DNA of 64,000 bases from Algoriphagus sp. (GTDB taxonomy: Bacteria; Bacteroidota; Bacteroidia; Cytophagales; Cyclobacteriaceae), in NCBI RefSeq assembly GCF_046296635.1, contig NZ_JBKBKZ010000018.1:16977-80976 (forward strand), given 5' to 3'. Of this stretch, positions 43,304 to 54,095 are shown piece after piece; position 1 is the stretch's first letter; the number at the start of each line of letters is the position of its first letter. The notes beneath the pieces are model-generated. The model had not been told where the DNA came from and did not search any database. It worked only from the letters and a program-made list of their open reading frames with translations. The position numbers and the translations under genes are program-made.

Positions 43304-46300
43304 ATGAAAATCTCTACTCATGTCAGGCTATTGTGCCTTACATTTTTGATGTGCCTATTTTATATAGGTACCACACAGGCCCAGACCAAGGAGGTGTCTG
43401 GTGTTGTTGTTTCCGGTGAGGATAATCTCCCGCTTCCGGGGGTTTCCATCCTTGTAAAAGGTACCACTTCCGGTACAGTCACTGATGTGGATGGAAGGTT
43501 TAGAATCGCTGTGAATTCTGACCAGTCTATATTAGTGTTTTCTTTTATTGGTTTTTCAACGCAGGAAGTTGTTGTTGGATCCCAAACTCAGCTTAACATC
43601 ACACTAGGTCCAGACATGAAATCACTGGCAGAAGTGATAGTGGTGGGTTATGGTGAGCAGAAGAAGGAGACCATCACTGGCTCAGTTGCATCTGTAAAAG
43701 GCATGGAACTTGCCAAATCACCGGCCGTGAACCTGTCAAATTCTATTGCAGGCCGTATGGCGGGTGTTGTCGCAGTCAATCGAAGCGGACAGCCGGGAAA
43801 TGATGGTTCGGCAATCAGGATCAGGGGATCTAACACCTTGGGGAACAATGATGCCTTGATTGTCATTGACGGAATTCCTGCCCGTGCGGGAGGATTGGAT
43901 CGCCTCAATCCAAACGATATCGAAAGTATTTCGGTATTGAAGGATGCATCTGCGGCCATCTATGGTTCAAGAGCGGCGAATGGGGTAATTCTTGTTACTA
44001 CAAAAAGAGGTATATCAGGAAAACCTGAATTGACCTTCCAAGTGAATCAGGGTTGGGCACAACCCACCGTCATTCCGGCTTTGGCCGATGCGGCCCAATA
44101 TGCGGAAATGTTGAATGACCTAAACATTTATGGATTACCTGTTTCTGAATGGGCGGCTGCTAATCAGGCCTTTAAAACCACAGGATCATTCACAAGACCA
44201 AATGGGCAGATAAGAAATGCTCCATACAAGCCCAGCGAATTGGAATTATACAGAAACGGATCAGATCCCTGGTTTTATCCCAACACCGATTGGTATAAGG
44301 AAACATTGAAAACCTGGTCGCCTCAGTCAAGATATAATATCCAGTTAACTGGAGGAAACGAGAATGTCAAATATTTGACTTCAATAGGTTATCAGAATCA
44401 GGATGGCTATTACAAGCAATCAGCCACGGGATACAAACAATATGATATCCGGATGAACTTAGATGCCAACATAAACAAGTTTGTAAAATTGAGCTTGGGC
44501 ATTATGGGACGTGAGGAGTTCCGTTTTAATCCACCAAGGACAGCTGCAACAATTTTCCGTATGCAAATGAGAGGAAAGCCTAATCAGCCCGCTTTTTGGC
44601 CTAATGGACTTCCAGGACCTGACATCGAAAACGGCGAAAACCCTGTAGTAATCACAACTGATCAGATAGGATATAACCGTGATGTGCGAGATTATTTCCA
44701 AACCAACGCAAATCTTGAAATCAAAATCCCGGGTGTTGAGGGATTAAAAGTGACAGGAACGGCTGCTGTTGATAAAACAATGCAATTTAATAAAGTATGG
44801 CAAGTTCCATGGACACTATATCAACTTGGTCAGGGCTTTGAGGCGGATGGTGTAACTCCGAAATTGGTTCCAAGTAAAAGAGGACCGGCTGATCCTAGTT
44901 TGACTGAGCAAAATTTCAATCAATTAAATATTCTTTTGGGTACTGTCGTGAATTATGACAGGACTTTCAATAAAAACCATACCGTCAATTTCCTCGCAGG
45001 TTTCAACAAGGAGACTGTTGATGGCAACAACTTTAGTGCTTTCAGAAGATATTTCATCTCCACGGCCATTGATCAAATGTTTGCCGGCGGCGATTTGGAG
45101 CGAAACAATAATGGAGGTGCTTTTGAGCGAGCTCGATTAAATTATTTTGGTCGTATGGCTTACAACTACAAAGAGAAATACCTTTTGGAATTCCTTTGGA
45201 GATATGACGGTTCTTATATCTTTCCTAAAGAAACCAGATATGGTTTCTTTCCCGGTGTGATGGCAGGCTGGGTTGTGTCGGAAGAGAGCTTCTGGAAAAA
45301 TTCAATAGGCAAGACCGTGGACTTCTTTAAAATCAGAGGTTCCTGGGGTCAGCTAGGAAATGACCAGATTTTCTTTGGCGGTCAACTTCAGGAATATCAG
45401 TTTCTATCCACCTATGGCTTCAGCTCACACATTTTTAACAATACCGAGCAAAAAACACTATTTGAAAGACGTGTTCCGAATCCTTTGATCACTTGGGAAA
45501 TTGCCAATAATTCTAACTTGGGTTTTGAAGGTCAACTCTTTCAGGGAAAGGTATTCTTCGAAGTTGACTTATTCTACAATAAAAGAACTAATATCCTTTG
45601 GCAGAAAAATGCATCAGTACCCCAAAGTACCGGTTTGATCCTTCCTGCTGAAAATATAGGTGAAGTAGAAAACAAGGGCTATGATATCAATCTAGGCTAC
45701 CGAGGAAACATCGGTGACATTAAATTCTCTGTGGGTGTAAACGGGGGCTATGCCAAAAATAAAATCCTCTTCTGGGATGAAGCTCCAGGAGCTCCAGAAT
45801 GGCAGCGATCTACCGGTAAACCCATGAATACTTTCTTGGTGTACCAATATGACGGTGTGTTTGCCACACAGGAAGACATCAGTAGTAATCCACTAAATTA
45901 CTCAGCAATCACTAATAACCTGCGGCCAGGTGATATGAAATACAAGGATATCGACGGCGACGGGGCAATCACGGATAAGGATCGGGTGAGAATGGACAAC
46001 AATGACATTCCGCTGTTCCAGGGGGGTATGACTTTAAACATGGCCTTCAAAGGTTTTGATTTATCCCTACTCTTTCAAGGTGCTGCGGGTGCCAGACAAT
46101 ATGTAAGTGCAGGTGAATCCGGAAACATAGGCAACTTCCTGCTGGATATCTATGAGAACAGATGGACCATCGATAATCCAAGCAGTGTGCATCCAAGAAT
46201 TGCCAATAGAAGTGATCAGTATTTCTCCGGGGGAAACACATATTGGTTTAGAAGTTCCGATTACATCCGTTTGAAAAACGTGGAATTGGGATACAATCTT

Positions 46301-46474
46301 CCTTCAAATCTTGTGGATAGAATCGGAGTCAAAGACCTTAGACTCTACCTAAACGGCCTGAACCTACTCACTTGGGATAAATTAAAAGTTTACGATCCGG
46401 AGACGGTAAGTGCCACCGGCCAATACTATCCGCAAGCAAGAGTAATCAATGCAGGTCTTAATGTCACTTTCTAA
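43304..46474 (+). CDS. SusC/RagA family TonB-dependent outer-membrane transporter
   Basis: Signal peptide, carboxypeptidase-regulatory-like domain (VSGVVVSGEDNLPLPGVSILVKGT), plug and barrel, C-terminal ...NAGLNVTF. No STN domain. Confidence 0.93.
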   Translation: MKISTHVRLLCLTFLMCLFYIGTTQAQTKEVSGVVVSGEDNLPLPGVSILVKGTTSGTVTDVDGRFRIAVNSDQSILVFSFIGFSTQEVVVGSQTQLNITLGPDMKSLAEVIVVGYGEQKKETITGSVASVKGMELAKSPAVNLSNSIAGRMAGVVAVNRSGQPGNDGSAIRIRGSNTLGNNDALIVIDGIPARAGGLDRLNPNDIESISVLKDASAAIYGSRAANGVILVTTKRGISGKPELTFQVNQGWAQPTVIPALADAAQYAEMLNDLNIYGLPVSEWAAANQAFKTTGSFTRPNGQIRNAPYKPSELELYRNGSDPWFYPNTDWYKETLKTWSPQSRYNIQLTGGNENVKYLTSIGYQNQDGYYKQSATGYKQYDIRMNLDANINKFVKLSLGIMGREEFRFNPPRTAATIFRMQMRGKPNQPAFWPNGLPGPDIENGENPVVITTDQIGYNRDVRDYFQTNANLEIKIPGVEGLKVTGTAAVDKTMQFNKVWQVPWTLYQLGQGFEADGVTPKLVPSKRGPADPSLTEQNFNQLNILLGTVVNYDRTFNKNHTVNFLAGFNKETVDGNNFSAFRRYFISTAIDQMFAGGDLERNNNGGAFERARLNYFGRMAYNYKEKYLLEFLWRYDGSYIFPKETRYGFFPGVMAGWVVSEESFWKNSIGKTVDFFKIRGSWGQLGNDQIFFGGQLQEYQFLSTYGFSSHIFNNTEQKTLFERRVPNPLITWEIANNSNLGFEGQLFQGKVFFEVDLFYNKRTNILWQKNASVPQSTGLILPAENIGEVENKGYDINLGYRGNIGDIKFSVGVNGGYAKNKILFWDEAPGAPEWQRSTGKPMNTFLVYQYDGVFATQEDISSNPLNYSAITNNLRPGDMKYKDIDGDGAITDKDRVRMDNNDIPLFQGGMTLNMAFKGFDLSLLFQGAAGARQYVSAGESGNIGNFLLDIYENRWTIDNPSSVHPRIANRSDQYFSGGNTYWFRSSDYIRLKNVELGYNLPSNLVDRIGVKDLRLYLNGLNLLTWDKLKVYDPETVSATGQYYPQARVINAGLNVTF

Positions 46475-46486
46475 ATTTTGTCAATT

Positions 46487-48343
46487 ATGAAAAGAATAAA
46501 TAAATATTTGGCTTTTCTGCTTGTGGCTTGTTTCACATTTACTGCTTGTAACGACGACTTTCTCGACACCAAACCATTGGGAGAAGTCGATGAAACCAGC
46601 GTTTGGAGCGACATAGCACTTGCAGAAGCTTTTGTCCTTGGAATTTATCAAGGCTTTGGTAATGGCGGCTTTGATGAACAGATGCTGGCTTCCCTTAGTG
46701 ATGAGGCCATGTTCACACACCCTGGCCGAGGTATCACTACAATTACAGAGGCTCGGTCCAATCCTGCCGATATTGGATGGGTAAATGGTACACTTTCCTG
46801 GCAAAATATGTACCTCAGAAGCCGGGCAGCAAATCTAGCAATTGCAAAATTGACCGATCCAAAATTCCCTATTAAAGGGGCTACCACAGATCGTTTGATT
46901 GGAGATGCTAAATTCCTGCGCGCTTATTATTCGCATCAGTTACTTCGGTATTATGGAGGATTTCCAATTGTTTCGGAGCCCTATACTCTTAATTCTGAAA
47001 CTTTTGAAGCAGCAAGAAATACCTTTGAAGAATGTGTGAATTTCATTGTCAAAGATCTAGATGAGTCAGCAGTGCTCTTATTGGGAAAATCTGCAATTCG
47101 CGGAAGAGCAACTCAGGCAGCAGCATTGGCGCTGAAATCAAGAGTATTGCTCTATGCGGCAAGTGATCTGCGTGACGGTCCTACTGCAAAAGCAAAATCT
47201 TCGACTATTGGAGCCTTTTCTAATATATCACTGATTGCTTATCCTTCCGGAAATAGACAAGAAAGATGGCAAAAAGCCCAGGCTGCAGCAAAGGCTGTCT
47301 TGGATATTACCACCGGAAACCAAATGGGATTGAGTGCTCCTGTGGCACATGCTCAGGGAATAACAAACTATATAAATAATTCCATGGCAAGGAATGGCGG
47401 GGAAAGAGAAATTCTTTTAGGCCGTTATTTTATCAATCTAAAAGCTGAAGGTGGAGGAAGACAAGGCTTGTTCAATGGACCAAATGGATATAATAACTGG
47501 GCAGGAAATACTCCGGTTCAATCTCTCATTGATGATTATGAAATGATGGATGGTACTAAGTTTTCATGGACCAATCCTCAGCACGCGAGTGCTCCATACA
47601 ATAACAGAGATGCGCGATTCTATGCCTCTGTTCTGTATGATGGTGCACAGTGGAAGCCTCGTTCCACGGCAAATCAGCCCCGTGATCCATTGGGTCAAAT
47701 CCAGACGGGTTCTTATCAAGTGACCAATGCCTCCGGTGGGATAGTAAATCATCCAGGATTGGATACCAGAAGCAGCCCGATTGAAGATTGGAATGGTAGC
47801 TATACCGGTTATTACTTCCGTAAATTCATTGATCCAAATCCTGCTGTCATAGATCAAACTTCCTGGCAGGAAATACCTTGGCCGGTGTTGAGATATACCG
47901 AGGTGGTCTTGAATTATGTGGAGGCCTCTATTGAATTGGGTCAGGAAGCTGAAGCAAGGGCATGGCTTAATCAGATCAGGTTTAGAGTGGGCCAACCTGC
48001 TGTGACTGAAACCGGTGAAGCACTGAAGGAACGCTATAGAAACGAGCGAAGGATTGAACTGGCATATGAAGAACAACGCTTTCACGATGTCCGTAGATGG
48101 ATGATTGCCCCTACCATGTTTTCAAGAAAGGCCAACGGAATCAACATCACCGGAACACTTAAACCGGGTAAAACCCTGAGTACCTATCGGTATGATCCGG
48201 AGATTTACAATTATGTATACCGAGTGATCGAAATGGATCCAGGTAAAGAAAACCGTCAATGGTTAGACAAAATGTATTTCCTGCCTATCCATCGCGACGA
48301 AATGAACAGGAACAAGCTTCTTGTTCAAAATCCGGGATACTAA
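46487..48343 (+). CDS. SusD/RagB family nutrient-binding lipoprotein
   Basis: Lipobox FTAC followed by NDDFLD. The C-terminal ERRIELAYEEQRFHDVRRW is SusD-typical. Confidence 0.92.
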   Translation: MKRINKYLAFLLVACFTFTACNDDFLDTKPLGEVDETSVWSDIALAEAFVLGIYQGFGNGGFDEQMLASLSDEAMFTHPGRGITTITEARSNPADIGWVNGTLSWQNMYLRSRAANLAIAKLTDPKFPIKGATTDRLIGDAKFLRAYYSHQLLRYYGGFPIVSEPYTLNSETFEAARNTFEECVNFIVKDLDESAVLLLGKSAIRGRATQAAALALKSRVLLYAASDLRDGPTAKAKSSTIGAFSNISLIAYPSGNRQERWQKAQAAAKAVLDITTGNQMGLSAPVAHAQGITNYINNSMARNGGEREILLGRYFINLKAEGGGRQGLFNGPNGYNNWAGNTPVQSLIDDYEMMDGTKFSWTNPQHASAPYNNRDARFYASVLYDGAQWKPRSTANQPRDPLGQIQTGSYQVTNASGGIVNHPGLDTRSSPIEDWNGSYTGYYFRKFIDPNPAVIDQTSWQEIPWPVLRYTEVVLNYVEASIELGQEAEARAWLNQIRFRVGQPAVTETGEALKERYRNERRIELAYEEQRFHDVRRWMIAPTMFSRKANGINITGTLKPGKTLSTYRYDPEIYNYVYRVIEMDPGKENRQWLDKMYFLPIHRDEMNRNKLLVQNPGY

Positions 48344-48359
48344 AAATCCTTCTTAACTT

Positions 48360-48391
48360 GTCTGAGCTACTTCTTAGGAGGTAGCTCAGAC
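48360..48391 (+). other. Intercistronic hairpin (GTCTGAGCTAC / GTAGCTCAGAC)
   Basis: Perfect 11-bp stem with a 10-nt loop between susD and the next gene. No strong T-run. Confidence 0.5.
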
Positions 48392-48400
48392 ATTATTTAT

Positions 48401-51400
48401 ATGAAGACCCTTCAATTACCCTTCAGTTTAATCCTCTTTTCTTGGCTGATTTTTTCCTGTGAGCAGGCTGAAAAAGAGAATCCTGTCCAAGAATCTGCTC
48501 CTTCAGATCCAATGTTCCAGTTACTCAGTTCTGAGACCACTGGCATTACCTTTTCAAATCCCATCGAGGAAAACCTCAACCTAAATGTTCTCATGTATGA
48601 ATACCTCTATAATGGTGGAGGTGTCGCTGTCGGGGATCTCAATCAAGATGGATTGGATGACATTTATTTTTCAGCCAATGTGGGCCAAAATCAACTTTAC
48701 CTCAATGAAGGTAATCTCAAATTCAAAGATATTACTCAGGCCTCCGGAGCTACTGGCAGACCTGGACCATGGAAAACCGGCGTAGTCCTAGTAGACATCG
48801 ATGGCGATGGAAAATTGGATATTTACCTCTGTCACTCGGGTGCATTATTGCCTGAGAAAAGGAAAAATGAGCTTTTTGTCAATCAGGGAAATAATGCAGA
48901 AGGAATTCCTCAGTTCAAAGAAATGGCTGAAAAATATGGAATTGCCTCAGAAGCCACTACTACCTCTGCAGCGTTTTTTGATTATGACTTAGATGGGGAC
49001 TTGGATCTTTTTCTTCTGAATCACAATACCAAATCGATTCAAAATCAAGACGCTACTCTCACCAAGAGCCTTCTCAAGGAAAAGCACGAAGCAGGTTCCC
49101 AGCTTTTCGAGAATCGTAATGGAAAATTTGTAGAGGTCACCGAAAAAGCCGGGATCTCCAGTTCAAGTCTTTCCTATGGCTTGGGTGTTTCAGTAGCCGA
49201 TATCAACGGAGACGGATGGCCGGATATATACATCGGCAATGACTACACCATGCCTGATTACTTATATATCAATCAGAAAAACGGAAAATTCAAGGATGAA
49301 ATCCAGTCTATGCTGAACCACGTTTCTCATTTTTCAATGGGCAATGATATTGCAGATATCAACAATGACGGCTTGCTGGATATTTTCACACTGGACATGC
49401 TGCCTGAGGATAACCTTCGGCAAAAGTTGCTCCTCTCGCCGGATAATTTTGAGATGTTTCAACTGAATCTCGATCGAGGATTCTACTACCAATACATGCG
49501 TAATATGTTGCATATCAATGTCGGTGATGGGACATTTCAGGAAGTAGGTCAACTGGCCGGGATTTCCAACACAGATTGGAGTTGGTCAGCGCTATTTTCA
49601 GATTTTGATCTCGATGGTTGGAAAGATTTGTATGTCACCAATGGCTACTTGAGAGATTACAATAATCAGGATTTCTTGAAGTACATGGATAATTATGTCC
49701 GTACAGCAGGAGGCCAATTGAAGCGGGAAGACTTGCTCAATTTGGTTAAGTCCATGAGTTCGTCCAATTTGAAAAATTACACTTTTCGAAATAAGGGAGA
49801 CCTGACATTTGAAAATGTAAGTACAACTTGGGGACTTACCCAAAACGGCAATAGCAACGGAGCAGCTTATGCAGATTTGGACAATGATGGTGACTTGGAC
49901 CTAATTATCAACAATATCAATTCCCCGGCCTTCGTCTATGAAAACCTTGCGGTGCAAAAAGGAAAAGGTAATTTTCTGAAAATTGAGCTTAAAGGAGAGG
50001 GGCAAAACTCTATTGGCCAAGGAGCACTGGTGAAAGTCTTTTTAGAAGGGAATATTCAGGTCCAGGAGCAAAATATTTACCGGGGTTTTCAGTCTTCTGT
50101 TTCTCCGAAAATGGTTTTTGGATTGGGTGAAAAATCAAAGGCTGATTCAATTCATGTGCATTGGCCGGGTGGAAAAGTGTCAAAAATACAAGAAGCCGCT
50201 GCAAATCAATCTCATGAAATAGCTCAAATAGAGGCCACTTCAAGCAAGACTTCCCAACCTGCTAAAAACAAGCTTCTATTAACTCGAATTGGGAAGATAG
50301 ATTTGCCAAAATCTCAGAAAGTAAATGACTTCAAGCGCCAGCCTCTTCTGAGTTTTGGAATTTCTGGCAACGGTAAAGCGATGCTTGTAGAGGACCTCAA
50401 TGGCGATGGGAAACCAGATATATTTATTGGTGGAGGCGCAGGAATTAGTGCAAGAATAATTTTTGGTCAAAGCTATGGGCAATTTGGAAGGCCGGATTCT
50501 GCCGCCTTTGTGTCAGCTGCGATTTCTGAAGATACCGATGCCTTGAGTTTCGATGCAAATGGAGATGGATTTCCAGACCTCTTGGTGGCAAGTGGAGGGA
50601 TGCACCAGTTTTTCAACGGAGAGCCGGAACTTCAGGATCGCTTATACCTGAATGACGGGAAAGGCAAGTTTACCCTTTCTCCAAACGCGCTTCCAAATGA
50701 AGCATTTCCAACGGGTTCATTGACTGCAGGAGATTTCAATGGTGACGGAATTACGGATGTTTTCGTTGGAGGGCGAGTGATACCAGGTCAGTATCCGACC
50801 TCACCCGGTGCAAGGATTTGGATTGGAGATGGCAGAGGCAAGTTCACTGACCAAACAACTGTTTTAGCTCCGGAATTTAAGAATTTAGGAATGATTACCG
50901 ATTCGGATTGGGCGGATCTCAATGGAGATGGCCAAATGGAATTGATCGTGATAGGAGATGCGATGCCGATTTCTATTTTTTCCAAATCGGGCAATACTTG
51001 GAAAAATGTCACCTCAGATTATTTCCAAATGTCACAGGTCGGTTTTTGGTCCGATCTGCTGATAGGCGATTGGGACGGCGATGGCAAACCTGAGTTGTTT
51101 GTCGGAAATCATGGCAAAAACTCACAGCTTTTTGCAAGTGATACCCAGCCTATGGAATTGCTTTACAAGGATTTTGATGAGAATGGTTCGATGGATGCGA
51201 TTTTGTCCTCTTACATCCAAGGTGAAAAATATCCTTCTGCCAGCCGAGATGAAGTACTTGGGCAAGTCTTGTTTTTGAAGAAAAGGTATCTGGATTTCAA
51301 AAGCTTTTCGGAAGTGAAAATGGATAATCTTTTTACCGCTGAAGAAAGGCAGGACAGTCGGTCAATTTTTATCAACCGATTGGAATCCAGCTATTTTGTA

Positions 51401-51754
51401 ATGGATCTAAGCGGAAAATTTCAATCGAAAGAGATCCCAATTCAAGCCCAGTTTTCTCCTGTTTTTGCATCTTCAAGCATCGATATAGATGGAGATGGAA
51501 ATAAGGATTTGATTTTTGGTGGAAACCTATTTGATACAAAACTAAAATTTGGAAGGTTTGACGCCAATCATGGTACGGTTTTGCTAGGAAACGGAAAAGG
51601 TGAATTCACTGCAATTTCATCTCCCCTTTCCGGACTTTCTTTGAGAGGTGAAATAAGGAAAATTGAAGTGATAGGAGAATATTTGCTTTTCTATGTAAAA
51701 GACGATGGAATTCAGATATTTAAGAGCCATTTATCAAAACAATCAAGTCAATAG
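48401..51754 (+). CDS. VCBS / FG-GAP repeat protein with an ASPIC/UnbV domain (CRTAC1-like)
   Basis: Many DxDGDGxxD FG-GAP calcium-loop motifs. A central UnbV-like segment (VKVFLEGNIQVQE...GFQSS...VHWPGG). Confidence 0.85.
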   Translation: MKTLQLPFSLILFSWLIFSCEQAEKENPVQESAPSDPMFQLLSSETTGITFSNPIEENLNLNVLMYEYLYNGGGVAVGDLNQDGLDDIYFSANVGQNQLYLNEGNLKFKDITQASGATGRPGPWKTGVVLVDIDGDGKLDIYLCHSGALLPEKRKNELFVNQGNNAEGIPQFKEMAEKYGIASEATTTSAAFFDYDLDGDLDLFLLNHNTKSIQNQDATLTKSLLKEKHEAGSQLFENRNGKFVEVTEKAGISSSSLSYGLGVSVADINGDGWPDIYIGNDYTMPDYLYINQKNGKFKDEIQSMLNHVSHFSMGNDIADINNDGLLDIFTLDMLPEDNLRQKLLLSPDNFEMFQLNLDRGFYYQYMRNMLHINVGDGTFQEVGQLAGISNTDWSWSALFSDFDLDGWKDLYVTNGYLRDYNNQDFLKYMDNYVRTAGGQLKREDLLNLVKSMSSSNLKNYTFRNKGDLTFENVSTTWGLTQNGNSNGAAYADLDNDGDLDLIINNINSPAFVYENLAVQKGKGNFLKIELKGEGQNSIGQGALVKVFLEGNIQVQEQNIYRGFQSSVSPKMVFGLGEKSKADSIHVHWPGGKVSKIQEAAANQSHEIAQIEATSSKTSQPAKNKLLLTRIGKIDLPKSQKVNDFKRQPLLSFGISGNGKAMLVEDLNGDGKPDIFIGGGAGISARIIFGQSYGQFGRPDSAAFVSAAISEDTDALSFDANGDGFPDLLVASGGMHQFFNGEPELQDRLYLNDGKGKFTLSPNALPNEAFPTGSLTAGDFNGDGITDVFVGGRVIPGQYPTSPGARIWIGDGRGKFTDQTTVLAPEFKNLGMITDSDWADLNGDGQMELIVIGDAMPISIFSKSGNTWKNVTSDYFQMSQVGFWSDLLIGDWDGDGKPELFVGNHGKNSQLFASDTQPMELLYKDFDENGSMDAILSSYIQGEKYPSASRDEVLGQVLFLKKRYLDFKSFSEVKMDNLFTAEERQDSRSIFINRLESSYFVMDLSGKFQSKEIPIQAQFSPVFASSSIDIDGDGNKDLIFGGNLFDTKLKFGRFDANHGTVLLGNGKGEFTAISSPLSGLSLRGEIRKIEVIGEYLLFYVKDDGIQIFKSHLSKQSSQ

Positions 51755-51797
51755 CGGTAGAATACAGTAAATTGAATTTGTAATTGCCCCCAGCATA

Positions 51798-52757
51798 ATG
51801 ATGAAAAAGTATCTAGTGGCTTCCGGCCTAATTATCATGAGTTTTCAGTTAAATGAAAGCCCCGTGTTTGAGGCTTATACTCAAAAAATCCCCGGAACTG
51901 AGGTTACTTTTGACCTCACTCCAATTCCAGCCGGATCGTTCCTCATGGGATCAAATGACCCAAAATTTCCGGATCAAAACCCACCACATGAAGTTAAGGT
52001 GGACGCTTTCTGGATGGGAATTCATGAGGTGACTTGGGATGCTTTCGAGCTTTTTCTGGACAAACACTTTGAGGAATCCATGACTGAAGGAGGATTGGAG
52101 GAGCGAGTTGATGGTTTGACTAGGCCAAGTTTGCCCTATTTGGATATGACCTTTGGGATGGGTAAAGATGGCAAACCTGCTGTGGGAATGACCCAATACG
52201 GAGCCCTTCAATATTGCCACTGGCTTTATCTTAAAACAGGGATTTTCTATCGAATTCCTACCGAAGCGGAGTGGGAATATGCTGCTCGTGCTGGATCTAA
52301 AGAGCGATTTTTCTTCGGAAATGACGCATCAAAGCTTTCAGAATACGCATGGACAAAAGCAAACAGCCAAGTCGGAACACAGCCTGTTGGACAGAAAAAA
52401 CCGAATGCTTGGGGTCTCTATGATATTTATGGAAATGTGCAGGAATGGACTATGGACCTGTACGAGGCTGATTTTTATTCCAGGTCCAGAAGGGATAACC
52501 CCTTAAATCCAGCCGACCAACTTTATCCTCATGTAGTACGTGGAGGGAGCTTCAAGACTCCTGAAGATGAAATTGGATCAGCTTTTCGTAATATTTCTGA
52601 TCCTACTTGGAAGCGAATCGATCCTCAGATACCAAAGAGTCAGTGGTGGTTTCCCGAAGCTCCATTTATTGGATTGCGAATCGTCAGGCCGCTCATTCCA
52701 CCTGCTCCTGAAGAAATTCAAGCCTATTACAATCAAGAACCTATTGCTGATTATTAA
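51798..52757 (+). CDS. Formylglycine-generating enzyme (SUMF1) family protein, secreted
   Basis: Signal peptide. GSFLMGS, LPTEAEWEYAARAG and NAWGLYDIYGNVQEW motifs. Confidence 0.85.
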   Translation: MMKKYLVASGLIIMSFQLNESPVFEAYTQKIPGTEVTFDLTPIPAGSFLMGSNDPKFPDQNPPHEVKVDAFWMGIHEVTWDAFELFLDKHFEESMTEGGLEERVDGLTRPSLPYLDMTFGMGKDGKPAVGMTQYGALQYCHWLYLKTGIFYRIPTEAEWEYAARAGSKERFFFGNDASKLSEYAWTKANSQVGTQPVGQKKPNAWGLYDIYGNVQEWTMDLYEADFYSRSRRDNPLNPADQLYPHVVRGGSFKTPEDEIGSAFRNISDPTWKRIDPQIPKSQWWFPEAPFIGLRIVRPLIPPAPEEIQAYYNQEPIADY

Positions 52758-52778
52758 CAACCCTAAATAACCATAATT

Positions 52779-54092
52779 ATGAAAAATTTCAATTCCAGAA
52801 GGGACTTTATAAAGACCTCTGCCATGGTCACAGGAGGGATCTTGGCTCCATCTTTTATCGTTCCGGGAGCTTATGCAGCTCCGGCAAATGAACTCAAGCT
52901 TGCAGTCATTGGCTGTGGCGGTCGGGGAACAGGTGCAGTTTTTCAGGCTTTTGCCACAGGCCATCCAATTAAATTGGTGGCGATGGCGGATGCGTTTGAA
53001 GATCGCGTGGAAAGCAGCTACAAGGCTATTTTTGAAAAACACGGGGCTGACAAAGTGAATGTTCCTAAGGAAAAAAGATTTGTAGGTTTTGATGGGTACA
53101 AAAAAGCAATTGCTGAAGCGGATGTAGTAATTCTGGCAGCACCTCCGGGTTTTCGCCCATCCCACTTTGAAGAGGCAGTAAACCAAGGCAAGCAGATTTT
53201 TGCAGAAAAGCCGATGGCAACTGACGCTGCCGGTATCCGTAAGGTGTTGGCTGCTGCTGAAGTGGCAAAAGCTAAAAAGCTAAACGTTGTCGTAGGACTT
53301 CAGCGTCACTACCAGAATAATTACCGAGAAGTCATGAAGCGAGTACACAACGGTGATCTCGGCGAGATCGTCGGAGGTCAGGTATATTGGAATGATGGGG
53401 GCGTTTGGGTAAGAGAACGAAAGCCTGAACAATCCGAAATGGAATACCAAATGCGAAATTGGTATTACTTCAACTGGCTTTGCGGAGATCATATCGTGGA
53501 GCAGCATGTCCACAATATTGACATAGCCAACTGGGCTAAAAATGCCTATCCGGTAAAAGCGGAGGGAACCGGAGGTCGAGCAGTCCGAACAGGAAAGGAT
53601 CACGGGGAAATCTTTGATCACCATGTATTGACATTCACCTATGCGGATGGATCTGTGATTCACTCAGAATGTCGCCACTTCCCCGGTGCAGCCAATCGCG
53701 TGGATGAGACATTCCAAGGCACCAAAGGAAAAGTATTCCTGAGTGCAGGCAATCACGGCGTGATGACCGACTGGAAAGGAAATCCAATCTATACCCACGA
53801 TCGGGAAAATCAGCCAAATCCTTACCAAACCGAGCATGACGAGCTTTGGGCAACCTTGGTGAAAGGCGAATATAAATTCGCCGATGCTGAGAATGCAGCC
53901 AAATCTACCATGACCGCAATTATGGGCCGCTATGCGACTTACTCCGGCAAAGTTCTGACTTGGGATGAGGCATTGAACGGTTCGATTGACTTGTTCCCTG
54001 ATAAATTGGCTTGGGACGCTATGCCAAAACTCCTTCCGGGGGCAGATGGCTATTATCCACATGCAATTCCAGGAAAAACTAAAGTAGTATAA
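52779..54092 (+). CDS. Gfo/Idh/MocA family oxidoreductase with a Tat signal
   Basis: Twin-arginine leader SRRDFIKTSAM...AYA. Rossmann motif AVIGCGGRG. EKP motif (FAEKPM). Confidence 0.88.
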   Translation: MKNFNSRRDFIKTSAMVTGGILAPSFIVPGAYAAPANELKLAVIGCGGRGTGAVFQAFATGHPIKLVAMADAFEDRVESSYKAIFEKHGADKVNVPKEKRFVGFDGYKKAIAEADVVILAAPPGFRPSHFEEAVNQGKQIFAEKPMATDAAGIRKVLAAAEVAKAKKLNVVVGLQRHYQNNYREVMKRVHNGDLGEIVGGQVYWNDGGVWVRERKPEQSEMEYQMRNWYYFNWLCGDHIVEQHVHNIDIANWAKNAYPVKAEGTGGRAVRTGKDHGEIFDHHVLTFTYADGSVIHSECRHFPGAANRVDETFQGTKGKVFLSAGNHGVMTDWKGNPIYTHDRENQPNPYQTEHDELWATLVKGEYKFADAENAAKSTMTAIMGRYATYSGKVLTWDEALNGSIDLFPDKLAWDAMPKLLPGADGYYPHAIPGKTKVV

Positions 54093-54095
54093 ACT

